A model generated the notes under the pieces. The model was not told the origin of the DNA and did no database searches. It was given only the letters and a program-made list of their open reading frames with translations. A stretch of 64,000 nt of DNA from Narcine bancroftii (lineage: Eukaryota), in the NCBI RefSeq assembly GCF_036971445.1, contig NC_091471.1:234298001-234362000 (forward strand). The letters run 5' to 3'. The translations under genes and the position numbers were made by a program. Shown piece after piece: positions 1 through 12,745 of this stretch. Each line of letters opens with the position of its first letter. Position 1 is the first letter of the stretch.

Positions 1-700
1 GAAGGACAGAGTGAGCTCCCCGGTGGGATAGGATTTAGTCAGGCAGAGTGGCCTCTCCAGTGGGTTAGGATCCTGACAGGTAGAGCGGCCTCTCCCAGTG
101 GGATAGGATCTGGACAGACTGAATGGCTTGCCCTGGTGGGATAGGATCCAGACAGGAAGAGCGGCCTCACCTTCCTCAACATCCAGCTCCTCCTCCTCAC
201 TGAGATCGCGCTCCAAGTCGAAGGTCAGCTCGGCCGGGTAGCCCAGGTTACGCTCAGGGTCGGCCTGCTGGGTCACCTGGGGTGACGAGGGGGCAAAGGT
301 GAGAGGTTAGGCGGGTCACAACTCACTAATAGGTACAGAGATCAGGCCATGGGCAAGTCTCCTCCTGTACCCCCACAACCCAGTGGGATAGTCTGGAGGG
401 GCTGAACTGTGCTCCTGCAGGATAGGCTAATCCTATCCCCCCTATGGGATAGGATCTACAGTGGCTGAACATCCCCCTTCTGTACCCCTGTGGGACAGGA
501 TATAGAGGGACTGAAAAGCACCCTCCTGTCCACCTGTGGGACAGGATTGAGAGGGGCTGAACAATCTCCAACTGTTGCCAAGTGGGATAGGATCTAGATT
601 AGCCTCTTCTTGTCCCACTATGGGATTGGATTGAGAGAGAATATTCTGTGTCTTGTCCACTGTGGGATAGGATATTGAAGGGCTGAATAACCTCCAGTCT
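1..700. repeat. Degenerate minisatellite (GGGATAGGAT core, about 39-bp unit) flanking an ECSIT exon
   Basis: Repeated gtgggataggatc...agagcggcctctcc. Confidence 0.75.
171..276 (-). CDS. ECSIT: ECSIT coding exon (penultimate); the final exon lies beyond the left window edge
   Basis: ccag|GTGACC...GAGGAAG|gtgagg; 106 nt, phase 0 to 1; VTQQADPERNLGYPAELTFDLERDLSEEEELDVEE resembles the acidic ECSIT region before VEEGPVFAMC. Confidence 0.85.
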
Positions 701-905
701 CACCAATCCAATGTTCAACTCAATCGGCATCCTCATGGAACCCAGGCAACGGGACCTTCCCCCACCTCCCATGTGGGAAATAGTCATGGGTCGACCGCTA
801 CTCCACACGTCCTGCAGCATCAGGAGGGAGGGAACAGCCTCTCCAATATCTCGGGGTCAAGACCATCCTCACAGTGGGGGAAAAGAGCAGCCAGCTCGCA
901 AATAA

Positions 906-2340
906 CAGGGTGGGGAGGGAGGTGAGGGAGGAGGAAAGGAGACAAGGGAGGGGAAAGGAGAGGAAAGGAGGATGAAGGAAGGGGGAGAGGAGGGAGGAAG
1001 GGGCATGGGAGGAGGGGAGAAAGGCAGGGGAGGAGGAGAGGAGGGAGGAAGGGGAGGAGGGAGGATGGGGTAGGGGAAGATGATGGAGAAAGGGGAGGGG
1101 AGGGAGGAAAGGGCAGGGGGAGAGGAGGGAAGAAGGGGCAGGGGTGGTGAAGGGAGGAAGGAGCAGGGGAAGTGAAAGGAGGAAGGAAGGGGTGGGAGAG
1201 GAGGAGAAGAGGGAGTAAGGGCAGGGGAGGAGGAGAGGAGGGAGGAAGGGGCAGGGGAGAAAGAGGAGGGTGGGAAGGGCAGGGGAGGAGGGAGGAAGAG
1301 GAGGTGAGGATGAGAGGAGGGTGGAAGAGGAGGAAGGGGCAGGAGAGGAAGGGGTAGGAGAGGAGGGAAAAAAGGGCAGGGGAAGTGGGGAGGAGAGCAG
1401 GGGGCAAGGGAGATAAGGATGAGAGGAGGGTGAAAGGGGCAGGGGAGGAGGAGATGGAGGAAGGGACAGGAGAGGAAGGGGTAGGGGAGGAGGAGAGGAG
1501 GGGGAGGAGGAGGAGGAAGGAAGGGGCAGGGGAGGGGGAGAGGAGGGACGAAGGGGCAGGGGAAATTGCTGGGACTTCAGCACTGAGTTATGGGGAAAGG
1601 ATAAAATAGTTTGGGACTTTACTCGCCAGGGGGCCAGAGAGCGAGGGGAAATTCGACAGAGGAGAACACAATTCCACGGAACATCACAGCACAGAAACAC
1701 GCACTTCGGCACTTCTGGCCCATGTCCAACCATCTTTCTGCCTCGTCCCACTGACCTGCAGCCAGTCCCTACCCCTCCCATCCATGTGCCCGCGTTCACC
1801 ACCTCTGCTTGTTCCACACCCTCACCACTCTCTGTGTTTCCCCTAATATTCCGCCTAAACCTCTTCCCTTTCACTCGCTGATGGCTGGCACTCCATCTCT
1901 CTCCCCATTCTCTCACTCTGCCCACACACACTCTCTCTCTTCTCCACTCTCTCTCTGCCCCAAACTCTCTTCTCTCCTTCACTCTCACTTTCTCCCCAAC
2001 TCTCCTCTCACCCACCCTCTCCCCCACTCCCCGACAATCTCTCCCCAACACTTTATAACCCCCACACTCCCTCACCCACACTCTTCTCCCCATACTCTCT
2101 ATTGTCCCACCACACACCCTCTCCCCCACACTCTCTATCTCCCCCACTCTCTCTCCCCCTCCCCCACTCACCCTCTCCCCCACCACTCTCTCCCACTCTC
2201 CCTCTCCCCAACCTCTCTGCCCCCCACTCTCTCCCTCACACTCCCTCTCCCCACACTCTGTCCCCCACACTCGCTCCCCCCCACTCTCTCCCCACCATAC
2301 TCCCTCTCTCCCACACATTCCCTGCACCCCCTCCACCCTT
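906..2340. repeat. Low-complexity polypurine and polypyrimidine tracts (also 3825-4095, 4250-5460, 32990-33350, 39300-39715)
   Basis: (GGAGA)n and (CTCCC)n; source of the spurious long Pro/Ser/Leu and Gly/Glu/Arg ORFs. Confidence 0.9.
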
Positions 2341-2401
2341 CTTCCCAAAGGCCACGTGCTACATCTACTGCCTCCACCTATCCTTCCCCAATCCCTGACC
2401 G

Positions 2402-2620
2402 CTAGCACCACGCCGTTACATTGTCAGCGATCGGGGCTGGACCGGGGTGTGAAGCCAGCGCTCCCTGAAAGAATTTGTACATTCTGCCCGTGTCTCCGTG
2501 AATTTTCCCCGGGGGCTCCGGTTTCCTCCCTCTGTTCAAAAACGTAGAAGAGGGTGTAAATTGGGTGGCACGGGCTTGTGGGCTGGAAGGACCTATTACC
2601 ATACTGTCTGTCTAAATTTA
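2402..2620 (+). mobile_element. V-SINE/HE1-like SINE; further copies at about 15757-15950 (-) and 26695-26960 (+)
   Basis: V-core GGGGGCTCCGGTTTCCTCCC, taaattgggtggcacggg, A/T-rich tail. Confidence 0.7.
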
Positions 2621-2669
2621 AAATTTTAATTTAGTTTAAACTTAAAATTTAACCTATGTCCTCCAGGTC

Positions 2670-3620
2670 TTGTCTAAAAGCCTACATAAACCCCTCATAA
2701 TTTTTGTCTGGGCAACATCCTAGTAAACCTTTGAGGCACTCTTTCTATCTTATTCATATCCTTCCTGTAACCAAGACTGCACACATTAGGGTTAGGGTTA
2801 TTGCACACAATATTCTAAATTTGGCCTCACCAATGTCTTTAATATCCTGACACCCGTACTCAATACTTTGATTGATGATGGCCAATGTGCCAAAAGTTCT
2901 CTTTATCTATGAAGCCACTTTCAGGAAATTATGTGTCTGTATTCCCAGGCCCCTCTGTTCTACCGCACTCCGGGTACGTCCTTTCTTGGTTTGTCTTTCC
3001 GAAAGGCAATACCTGACACTTGTCAGCATTGAATTCCATCTGCCATTTTTCAGCTCATTTTCCCAGCTGCCAGCTTTGAAAACCTCCTTCGATGTCCACG
3101 TCTCCAACCTGCAAACCTGCTGATTCAATTTACCACATTATCACCCATGTCCTCTGATTTGTATCTCACCTACCGTCAGTGGGAAAAGCCGACCAATATT
3201 TATTCTATCAAATCTCCCCTCATTCTTCTACACTCCAGGGAATAAAGTTCCAACCTGTTTAACCTTTCCCTGTAATTCAGTTCCTTGAAGTCCAGGCAAC
3301 ATCCTTTATCAAATCTCCCCTCATTCTTCTACACTCCAGGGAATAAAGTCCCAACCTGTTTAACCTTTGCCTGTAACTCAGTTCCTGGAGTCTGGGCAAC
3401 ATCCTCGTAAATCTTCTCTGCATTCTTTCTATCTTATTGATATCTTTCCTGTAATTCGGTGACCAAAACCGCAGACAATACTGCAATACTCTTTAACAAT
3501 GTTTTAGACAACTTTACCATAACATCCCAAATCCTATACTTGATACTTTGATTTAAGAAGGCCAAATTTCCAAAAGCCCTCTTTACAACCCTATCTACCT
3601 GTGACTCCACTTTCAGTGTC
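2670..3620 (-). mobile_element. CR1 LINE fragments (RT C-terminus)
   Basis: Translates to YCLRFWSPNYRKDINKIERMQRRFTRMLP, typical of CR1. Confidence 0.85.
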
Positions 3621-3668
3621 CTCCCTCTCCCTTACCTTCCCCGAAGGGTGCGTTGTTCCCCCACTCAC

Positions 3669-3817
3669 CTCAAGCGACGGGGGCAAGGGGTCCGAACGGA
3701 GCACATGATAATGGACGCAGGAGTGATGCAGCCATAGGGGGTACGGCCCCTCCACAAACACAGGGAGATGTGAGTCATGAGAGGCCAGGAGCGCCCGCTG
3801 GTCAGGGCTCTGGATAC
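3669..3817 (-). CDS. ECSIT: ECSIT coding exon
   Basis: atag|GTATCC...CTTGAG|gtgagt; 149 nt; (G)IQSPDQRALLASHDSHLPVFVEGPYPLWLHHSCVHYHVLRSDPLPPSLE matches the ECSIT GIQSPDQ...VFVEGPF.LWL motif. Confidence 0.95.
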
Positions 3818-5596
3818 CTATGGGTGAGGAGAGGGGAGAGTGAGGTGGAAGAGATGGGGGTGAGAGAGGGGTGTGAGGGTGAGAGGGGTGAGAGAGAGAG
3901 AGGAGAAAGGGGAGAGAGAGAAGCAGAGAAAGTATGGAGGGGTGGCAAACGGAGAGAGGGGGAGAGGAGGAGAGGTGGAGAGGGGTAGAGAAAGGGAGAG
4001 GGAGAGAGAGAGAGGGGAAAGAAAAGGAGGAGGGAGAAAGAGGGGAGAGGGGAGAGAAAGGGAGAGAGAGAGAGATGGGGAGGGGGAGAGGGCATGCAAA
4101 GAGTTAAATAGGATCTGGGTCAAGGGGGGAGGGGGGGAAGACCTGAGGTGTGACCACCGGCGGGACGCGCTGCCATCCAAGAACCCCCATACTCATGTTC
4201 CCCTGGGTGAGGAGGTACAGAAGATTCTAATTGAAGTACCAGTGTAGACCCCTCTCTCTCTCCCTTGACCACTGTCCAGCTCTCTCTCCATTTCCTCTCA
4301 TCTCCATCTTTTCCCTCTCTCCCCACTCTCTCTCTCCCTCTTCCACTTCTCTCCATCCTCTCTCCTCCCCTTTCTTGGCCCCGTTCTCTACCCCTCTCTC
4401 CCATCTATTTTCCCTCTCTGTTCCTCCCCTTCCCCATTCTTCCTTCTCTCTCATCTTTCTAACCCTTCTCTCTCCTCTCCCCCCTTACCTCTCTTCCCCC
4501 TTCTCTTTCCTCCTCCATCCGCCTCTCCCCTCCCCAATCTCCATCCCCCTCCCTCCCCAACTTTTCCCTGTCTCCTCTACCACGCACCCCTGCTCAGCAC
4601 CCCTTCCCTGTGATCGAGATGTGCCCACCCTCAATGCCCACCTCTCTTGCCCCACTCACATTCCTTCAACACTCTTTCTCTCCACTCTCCCATTCCCCAC
4701 ACTCTCCCTAACACTCTTTCTCCCCCACTCTCCCTCTCCCCACACTCTCCCTCTCCCCACACTCTCCCTCTCCCCACTCCCTCTCTCTCCCTCACAACCT
4801 CTCTCTCCCTCACAACCTCTCTCTCCCTCACAACCTCTCTCTCACCACTCTACCTCTCCCCTACAAACTCCCTCTCCACCACACTTTCCCTCCCCCACAC
4901 TCTCCCTCTTCCCCATACTCTCCCCATACTCTCTCTCCCCCCACTCTCTCCCCCACACTCTCCCCCCCTGACATTTTCTCCCTCCCCCATACTCCCTCTC
5001 CCCCTTTTTCTCTCTCCCACACTCCCTCTCCCCATTCCCTGTCCCCCACTCCCTCTCCCCCACTCCCTCTCCCCCACTCCCTCTCCCCCACTCCCTCTCC
5101 CCCACTCCCTCTCCCCCACTCCCTCTCTCCCACACACTCCCTCTCCCCCACTTTCTCCCACAACACTCTCCCTATCCCCCCCACTCACCACCTCCCCACT
5201 CCTTCTCCCCCCACTCCCACTCCCCCACATTCTTTCTCCCTCTCCCCCCTCTCTCCACCACACTCTCTCCCCCACACTCCCAATCCCCCACACTCTCTCC
5301 TCCACACTGTCCTTCTACCCCACACTCTATCTCTCCGCAACATTCTCTCCCCACACACTCTCTTCCCCACTCTTTGTCCTACAGTCTCTGCCCCACACTC
5401 TACCCACCACACTCCCTCTGCCCCACATGTTCTCTCCAACATTCTCCCTCACGCACACTTCACATGGCCACGTGCTCCATCTACCGCTTCCACCTTTCCC
5501 CACCACCCTCCCGTCAGCTCCTCCCCTGGCTGGTCAAGCCCACCCAGCCACCCCTGCTGAGCCCCCACTCCAGAGCCCTTTGAAAGCCAAACTCAC

Positions 5597-5648
5597 CGAC
5601 GATGTGAGGAATGCTGAGTCCAAGGTCTCCATCTTGTTCCCCGGGATG
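5597..5648 (-). CDS. ECSIT: ECSIT short coding exon
   Basis: ctttctttgcag|CATCCC...ATCGTCG|gtgagt; 52 nt, phase 0 to 1; HPGEQDGDLGLSIPHIV(G) ends in the ECSIT PHIVG motif and joins both flanking exons in frame. Confidence 0.88.
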
Positions 5649-5719
5649 CTGCAAAGAAAGGTTGAGCAAGAATCAAACAAGGTAGTGAGAGGGGGGAGTA
5701 GGGGTCTATGAGGGAACGA

Positions 5720-8700
5720 GCTCACCATCAGGAGGACCAGAAATAGGCCATTCAGCCCATTGTTTTCCCCACCATTCAATCATGAGCTGGTCCATTCTTA
5801 CACTCAGCCCCACTGCCCAGCCTTCTCCCCATAACCTTTGACGCCCTGGCTCATCAAGAACCTCTGGCTTAAACACATCCAATGACCTGCCCTCCGCAAC
5901 CACCTGTGGCAACAAATCCCACAGACTTGCCATCCTCCAGCTGAAGAAATTCCTCCGCATCTTGGTTCTAAACGGATGCTCTTCAATCCTGTCCCACTGT
6001 GGGAGACAACCATTTTACTCTGTGCACGCCTTTCAACGTTTGAAAGATTTCAATCTCCTAAATTCCAACGAGTGCAGGCCAGGAGCAGTCAAATGCTTGT
6101 CATGATGGCCCTTTTCATTCCTGGAAATAACCTGATGAACCTCCTCTGAACCATCTCCAACATCCTTCCTTCAATCTGGAGCCCATAACTGCTCACCACA
6201 CTCCATGTGAGGGCTCGTGAGTGCCTGATAAAGCCTCATGGTCACATCCCAGCTCTTGTATCCTATTCAGAAAACACTACAGCCCTAAAACACATAATTT
6301 GGTTAGATCCAAAAACACCCCTGTATCAAGTGAGTTAATACCAGCGACATTAGGAAACAAAATCACTGCATCGAAAAGAGATCAAGTGATAAAATTATTA
6401 GAGGTATCGATAGAGGGGACATGGAGAGGCTTTTTCTTTTAAGAAAGGGGAGATACCAACGAGAGAACGAGTTGAGTTGGGGGCAAAAGTTGAAAGGAAA
6501 CAAGAGGGGGGACTTCTTCACTCAGAGAGGGGCCGGCGTGTCGAACGAAGTGGCGGAGGCAGGCTCGATATTAGCATTTAAGGAGAAGCTGGACAGGAAA
6601 GGAACGGAGGGTTATGGGTTGAGTGTGGGTCAGCAGGGTGAGGTGGGAGGACGTGTTCGGCGTGGAAGGGCCAAGTTGGCCTGTGTCTGGGCTGTAATTG
6701 TTAGATAGGATTAAGGAAAACCCCAAGGCATTCTACAATTATATGAAATTTAGTGGAAAAACAGAGGACTGGGAAACTTTTTAAAATTTACGAAAGAAAA
6801 AAAGAAAGGCATTGGGAACGAAAAGATGAACTGTGGCCAATAACCTACAAAAGTATACTAAGAGTTTCTTTTAAATATCTAAAGATTAAAAAGAGACACG
6901 GGCAGATATGGGACCGATTGAAAACAATGCTGGAGAAATGATAATGGGTGACAAAGAGACAGCAGAGGAACTAAATGAGAATTTTGCACCGGTCTTCACT
7001 GAGGAAGACCGTAGAACTAGACATGACAGTCAGGGGCCTCAGGGAATACAGTCAGGATTACTAGAGGGGTCGTGCTTAGTAACCTGAACGGACCAAAGAT
7101 AGATAAGTCTCCAGGACCAGAAAAGGTGCACCCATGGGTGCAAAGAAATTTCCAGAAATCAATGGACTCCAGCATGGTTCTGGAGGACTGGATGGTTGCA
7201 AAGGTAATCCCACTGTTTACGAAGGGAGGGAAGCAGAGAAAGGGAAATGATAGGCCTGACGTCAGCAGTTGGAAAGTTACTGGAGGTGATCCTCAAGGAT
7301 GAGGTCATGAAATACCTCGAAGGGTGCGGCGTGATAGGTCCAAGCCAGGAGAGGTTCATGAAGGGAAGAGCCTGCAAGAGCCTGCCTGGCCAACCTAATG
7401 GATGGACATGGTAGAGGCTGTGGATGCTGTGGACTGGGATTTTCAATAAGAGGATGTTTAATAAGGTGGGAGCCCGTGGAATTACAGGAAAGATGTTAAA
7501 TTGGGTGGAGCATTGGCTGACAGGCAGGAAGCAAAGGGCGGGAATAAGGGATCCTACTCTGGTGGGTTGCCGGCGACTGGTGGGTTGCCGGCAACTGGTG
7601 GTGGTCCGCAGGGGTCAGTGTTGGAGCGGGCAATGGTTTAGATTATGGAGCAAAGGGTTTTGTGGCCAAGTTTGCAGATGACACTGATCGGTGGTGAAGC
7701 AGGAGGTGTTGAGGAAACCGAAAGGTTGCAGAGAGGCTCAGACAGTTTGGGAGAGCGGGCAAAGAAATGGCAGACGAGATACAACGTAGAGACATGTACG
7801 GATGGACACTTTGGAAAAGGAAATAAACAGGCAGATTATCATTTGGATGGGAAGAAAATTCAAAATTCGGAAGAGCGAAGAGTCTTGGGGGTCCTCGTGC
7901 AGGATAACCACCAGATTGGATCGGCAGTAAAGAAAACGAATGTTCTGTTGACATTAGTTTCAAGGGAAATAGTGTGTAAGAGTAAAGAGGGGTTGATGAA
8001 GCTCGATGGAGCTCTAGTGAGACCTCATTTGGAGAATTGTGCACAGTTTTGGGCCCATATCTTATAAGTGATAGAACCATAGAACATTACAGCGCAGAAA
8101 ACAGGCCATTCAACCCTTCTGGTCTGTGCTGACCAATAAAACTAGCTCGTCCCACTAACCTGCTCTCATTCCATAACCCTCCAGACCCCTCCCATCCATG
8201 TATTGATCCAAATTATTTTTAAAATTCAAGATTAAATCAGTATTCACGACATCAGATGGCAGCTCGTTCCACTCTCCCTCCCCTCTCTGAGTGAATAACT
8301 TCCCCCTCTCCCCTTTCAGCCTCAAGCTATGACCTCTCATATTGATCTCCACCAGTCTAAGTGGAAACATCCCACTCACATCTACTCTGTCTACACCCCC
8401 CATAATCTTATAAACCTCCATCAAGTCTCCCCTCACCCGTCTTCGTTTCAAGGAGTATAATCCCACCCTGTTTAATCTTTCCCGGTAACTCAACTCCTGA
8501 AGACCCAGCAACATCTTCACAAATCCCTCTTTCAATCTGATTGACATCTTTCCTGCTGCTAGGCAACCAAAACTGCACACAATATTCGAGGTGTGGCCTC
8601 ACCAATGACTTGAACAACTTCAACATAATATCCCAACTCCTAGACTCAATACTTGGATTGATAAAGGCTAAGATGCTCAAAGCTTTCTTTACAGCCCTGA

Positions 8701-10380
8701 CTACCAGCGACCTTCAGGGAACAATGTATTCCCAGATCTCTCTGCTCCTCCACACTCCTCAAGGGATGACCATTTACTGTGTACGTCCTACCCTGATTCA
8801 CTCTTCCAAAGTGCAGCACCTCACATTGATCTGCATTAAACTCCATCGGCCATTTACTGGCCCAATTTCTCAGCTGGACCAGATCCCTCTGCAAGCTTTG
8901 AAAATCTTCCTCACAGTTCCCGAAGTCTCCAATCTCTGCGTCATCAGCAAACCTGCTGATCCAATTCACCACATTATCATCCAGGTCATTTACATAGATA
9001 ACAAACAATAATGGTCCCAACACAGATCCCGAGGCACATCACTTGAAACAGACCTCCAGTCTGAGAAGCAACCATCACCCACCACTCTCTGTTTTCTTCC
9101 ACACAGCCACTAATGTTGGAGAGTCCAAAGGAGGTTTATCAGGACTATTCCTGGAATGCAGGGGCTAACATATGAGGACCGTATAGCAGCTTTCGGACTG
9201 AATTCACTGGAGTATAAGGATGAGAGGGGATCTCACTCTCGAACGCTGAAAGGATTGGACAGAGTCGATGGGAATAAGATGTTTCCCCTGGGCGGGTGAA
9301 TCCAGAACAAGAGGGCACAGTCTTCGAATGAGGAGATTGTTAAAGCAGAAATTTCTTCAGCCAGAGGGTCACGGATTTGTGGAATTCATTGCCACGTACA
9401 GTCGTGGATGCCGGATCGTTGGGGGAGTTTAAGGAGGAGATTGACAGGTATCGAAGACCGGAATTTGGAACAAGAGGTGAGAACAGTTCAGCTCAGGGTG
9501 GAGGGGCAGAACAGACCTGATGGGGCTTTGTGGGCTGAAGGGCCTGTACTGTGCTGTAAGATTTCTATGTTTGCTTAAGATTAGAAGAGGCATAGATAAG
9601 GTGGACAGCCAGCGCCTGTTTCCCAAGGCAGGAATAGCAAACACCAGAGAACATCTGTACAAAGTGAAGGGAGGAAAGTTCAGGGGAGATGTCAGGGTTA
9701 CGTGTTTTTTTTTAAACAGAGAATTGTGGGGGCCTGGAAGGTCTCGCCATGGATAGTGGTGGAAGCTGGAATAGGGCATTTAAGAGATTCATGGATGAAA
9801 GAAAAATAGGGGGTTATGGGGTAGGGAGGGTTTAGTACCTTTTTTTAAGGAATATCTGGATCAGCACAACATCAAGGACCAAAGGGCCAGTCCTGTGCTG
9901 TAGTGTTCTAGGAGATTCGGTCTGTCACCGAAAACTCTCGTAAACCTCTACACGTGGACCGTGGAGAACATTCTGGCCGGTTGCATCACTGCCTGGTACG
10001 GAGGCGCCAACTCTCAGGACAAGAATAAACTCCAGAGGGTTGATCACTCGGCCAGTGAAATCACGGGCACCAGACTTCACTCCCTCGAGGACGTTGACAT
10101 GAGGCGGGGTCTTTAAAAAAAGCAGCCTCTATCCTCAAAGACCTCACCCCCCTCTTCACTCTGCTGCCATCGGGGAAAAGGTCCTGGAGCCTGAAGACGA
10201 GCACAAGGACAGTTTCTTCCCCGCTGCCACCAAATTCCGGAATGATCCGTGAACCCCAGGCACTGCCTGACTTTGACTTTTCTTGCACTATTTTTTATTT
10301 ATATGAACGTTTGCCCTATGATTCTGATACAAAACAACAAATTTCCTGACCTGTTCACAAGGATAAATTCTGATTCTAAT
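5720..10380. mobile_element. Cluster of CR1 and other LINE fragments in both orientations (ECSIT intron)
   Basis: LGPLLFVIYVNDLD...SRFADD, LVRPHLEYCVQFW, RGDLMEVYKIM motifs; a Rex/L2-like 3' fragment at about 9910-10380. Confidence 0.8.
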
Positions 10381-10462
10381 GACTGTACACTTGCAATTTG
10401 GAACCTTCTCCCCATGACCCTGAACGCCGGCAGAACTTGCACCTCCCCCCCAACGCCCTCAC

Positions 10463-10686
10463 CTGATAGACGGTGACCTCCGCATCAAGGTCAGGGGTCA
10501 TGCGCCTCAGAGCAACCCCGGCCAGTTCCACGGGGTCACGGGGAAGAGGCTGAGGCATAGGGAAGGGATTGACGTGCCGGAAGCGGGGGAACCAGTACAG
10601 CAGCCGCTGGAACTTGCGAATCGGGTGGCTCTTGTGTCCAAAAATCTGCAGCAGCGTCACCTTGGTTGTCACGTCTGGCATGACCC
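10463..10686 (-). CDS. ECSIT: ECSIT coding exon
   Basis: ccacag|GGGTCATG...TATCAG|gtgagg; 224 nt; (G)VMPDVTTKVTLLQIFGHKSHPIRKFQRLLYWFPRFRHVNPFPMPQPLPRDPVELA...EVTVYQ, typical ECSIT core. Confidence 0.95.
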
Positions 10687-10769
10687 CTGTGGGAAAAGGA
10701 AAGGGGGTGGGGAGGGGATTTCAACACACTACATCATTCAGGGCACTCAAATCAGGAGGCGGAGGTTGG

Positions 10770-11360
10770 CAGAATTTGGGGGGAGGGAGATGCACAAAAT
10801 TAGGTGGCAATCTGGAACAGTCGATATGCAGAATTGGTGGGAGATATGGAAATTTAGGAGATGTGCAAATTTATAGATGCACAATTGATAGAAAATATGC
10901 AAAATTACAAGATTTTCAAAATTAGGTGATATACTAAATTAGTAAATATGCAAAATAAGGAGGACATATGCAAATTTAGATGCAAAATTAGGAATGCAAA
11001 TAGGAGATGCAAAATAAAGAGATATGGAAAATTAGATATGCTATTTAAATATACAAAATTAGATATGCAAAATAAGAAGGTATGCAGATTTAAATATGCA
11101 AAATTAGGAGGAACACAAAGGAATGCTAATTTAGGAGGAGATATGCAAATTTCTGAAGCATCAAAATTCAGAAACTTGCAAAATTAGGTATATACAAAAT
11201 TCAGGGGAGGTGTATAAAATGAGATGTATAACAGCAGAGACACAAGATTAGGAGATGCAAATTCAGAGGAGAAATTCAAATTAGGAGATCTGCAAAACTA
11301 GGCAGAAATATGAAAATTTAACAGGAGCATGCATATTTATGAGGAGATATGCAAAATTAT
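10770..11360. repeat. AT-rich degenerate satellite (ATATGCAAAATTAGG)
   Basis: Many short units of atgcaaaat/ttagg. Confidence 0.8.
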
Positions 11361-11384
11361 GTGTTTCTGGTACAACATCAATGC

Positions 11385-11880
11385 TTGGGAAAGGGGCAAG
11401 GGTTCTGATGGGATACCAGTCCCTCAGAGAGGGGGAAGGGTTATCATTGGACACCAGTCCCTCAGGGAGAGGAGGACGGTTATCATAGGGCACCACTCCT
11501 TCAGGGAAAGATTCAGGTGTGACACCAGTCCTTCAAGGAGAGGGGCAAGGGTTCCAATGGGACACCAATCCATCAGAGAGAGGGGGAAGGGTTCCAAAGG
11601 GACACAGTCCCTCAGGGAGAGGGGGAAGAGTTCAAATGGGACACCAAACCCTCAGGGAGAGATGGACGGACTCAGATGGAACACCAATCCCTCAGAAAGG
11701 AGAAGGGTTCAGATGGAACACCAGCCCATTAGGGAGAGGGGGAAGGATTCAGACACCAGTCCCTCAGAGAGAGGGGGAAGGGTTCAGATGGGACACCAGA
11801 CATTCAGAGAGATGGGGAAGCGTTCTGAAGGGACGCTTGGGGAGAGGGAGACAGGTTCAGAAAGGGGGTACGGGTTCTAA
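11385..11880. repeat. Minisatellite, about 39-bp unit
   Basis: gggacaccagtccctcagggagaggggaagggttcagat repeated about 12 times. Confidence 0.85.
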
Positions 11881-11921
11881 GCAGACCCCTGCCCTCGCCT
11901 GGAACATCACAGAGGACTCAC

Positions 11922-12315
11922 CGTAGTTCTCCATCTGCTCTAACACCTGCACGGCGCACTCCTGCTGCCGGGGGAAGTGGTTGAACATGCGCTGGATGTA
12001 GGAGCGGGCAACGAACACCTCCTTGGGGAAGACGTCCAGCAGCCGGTTGTAGATGTCCAGCTCCCGCTCCACGCCGAAGATGGGCATCTGGCGCAGGGCG
12101 GCGTACACGAACTCCACATGTCCTCGGCGCCGCACCTCCTGCCTGCAATAGGCATCCAGTGCCCGCTCGAAGGCAGCCCGGTTGCAGGGGAGGCCAGGTG
12201 GAGGGGCGAAGCGGTCCCGGAGCTGTTTGGTGGCGTGATCCATGGAGGGCAGGGGGGCAACATCCTTCCCGGGTCCAGAGCAGGGGCGGGAGATCCGGAC
12301 CAGCCCCGGAGAGAC
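11922..12315 (-). CDS. ECSIT: ECSIT large coding exon
   Basis: ctctgcag|GTCTCT...AACTACG|gtgagt; contains [39 protein letters not shown]...[20 protein letters not shown], the hallmark ECSIT sequence; the acceptor is slightly less certain than the donor. Confidence 0.95.
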
Positions 12316-12387
12316 CTGCAGAGGAGGAAGGGGCAGAGGTGGTTAAACGATGGGGAGGCAGGGGAACTGGCTCAGTAATCACACTCA

Positions 12388-12745
12388 ACCTGCCGTGTAA
12401 AATGGGGTTAACTGACTATTTGCCTGGATAGTGCCCCATTTACTCAGCAGTTAGAAAGGGTCTGACCCAGCCAACCCTGTCGGAACCCAACCAGGTCCCT
12501 GACCCACCTCAGAGGTAGTCAGGGAACCCAGTTAAACTTGCCTAGGTCGCATCCACAGGTGATTCGAACAGGAAAATGGCCGACCCGCTTATTGCAGTGA
12601 TGTCAGTGCTTGCGTCTGCGAGTCACCGGGCAGCCTGCATCTGAACATCCGGCAGTACATCCGGTGAGTGCATGGTTGGTGATTTAATGGGTCGATCCCC
12701 CTACAATTTGAATCACCTAGTAATCGCTATTGGGTCCCAGGAGGT
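12388..12745. mobile_element. Non-autonomous interspersed repeat (probable DNA transposon/MITE)
   Basis: Reverse-complement homolog of 22185-22620 over about 350 bp; no coding capacity. Confidence 0.7.

Noticed and set aside
798-2411. 537-aa ORF and overlapping Pro/Ser/Leu- or Gly/Glu/Arg-rich ORFs (also 4231-5711)
   Set aside because: They arise from stop-poor polypurine/polypyrimidine tracts inside ECSIT introns and show no domain signature
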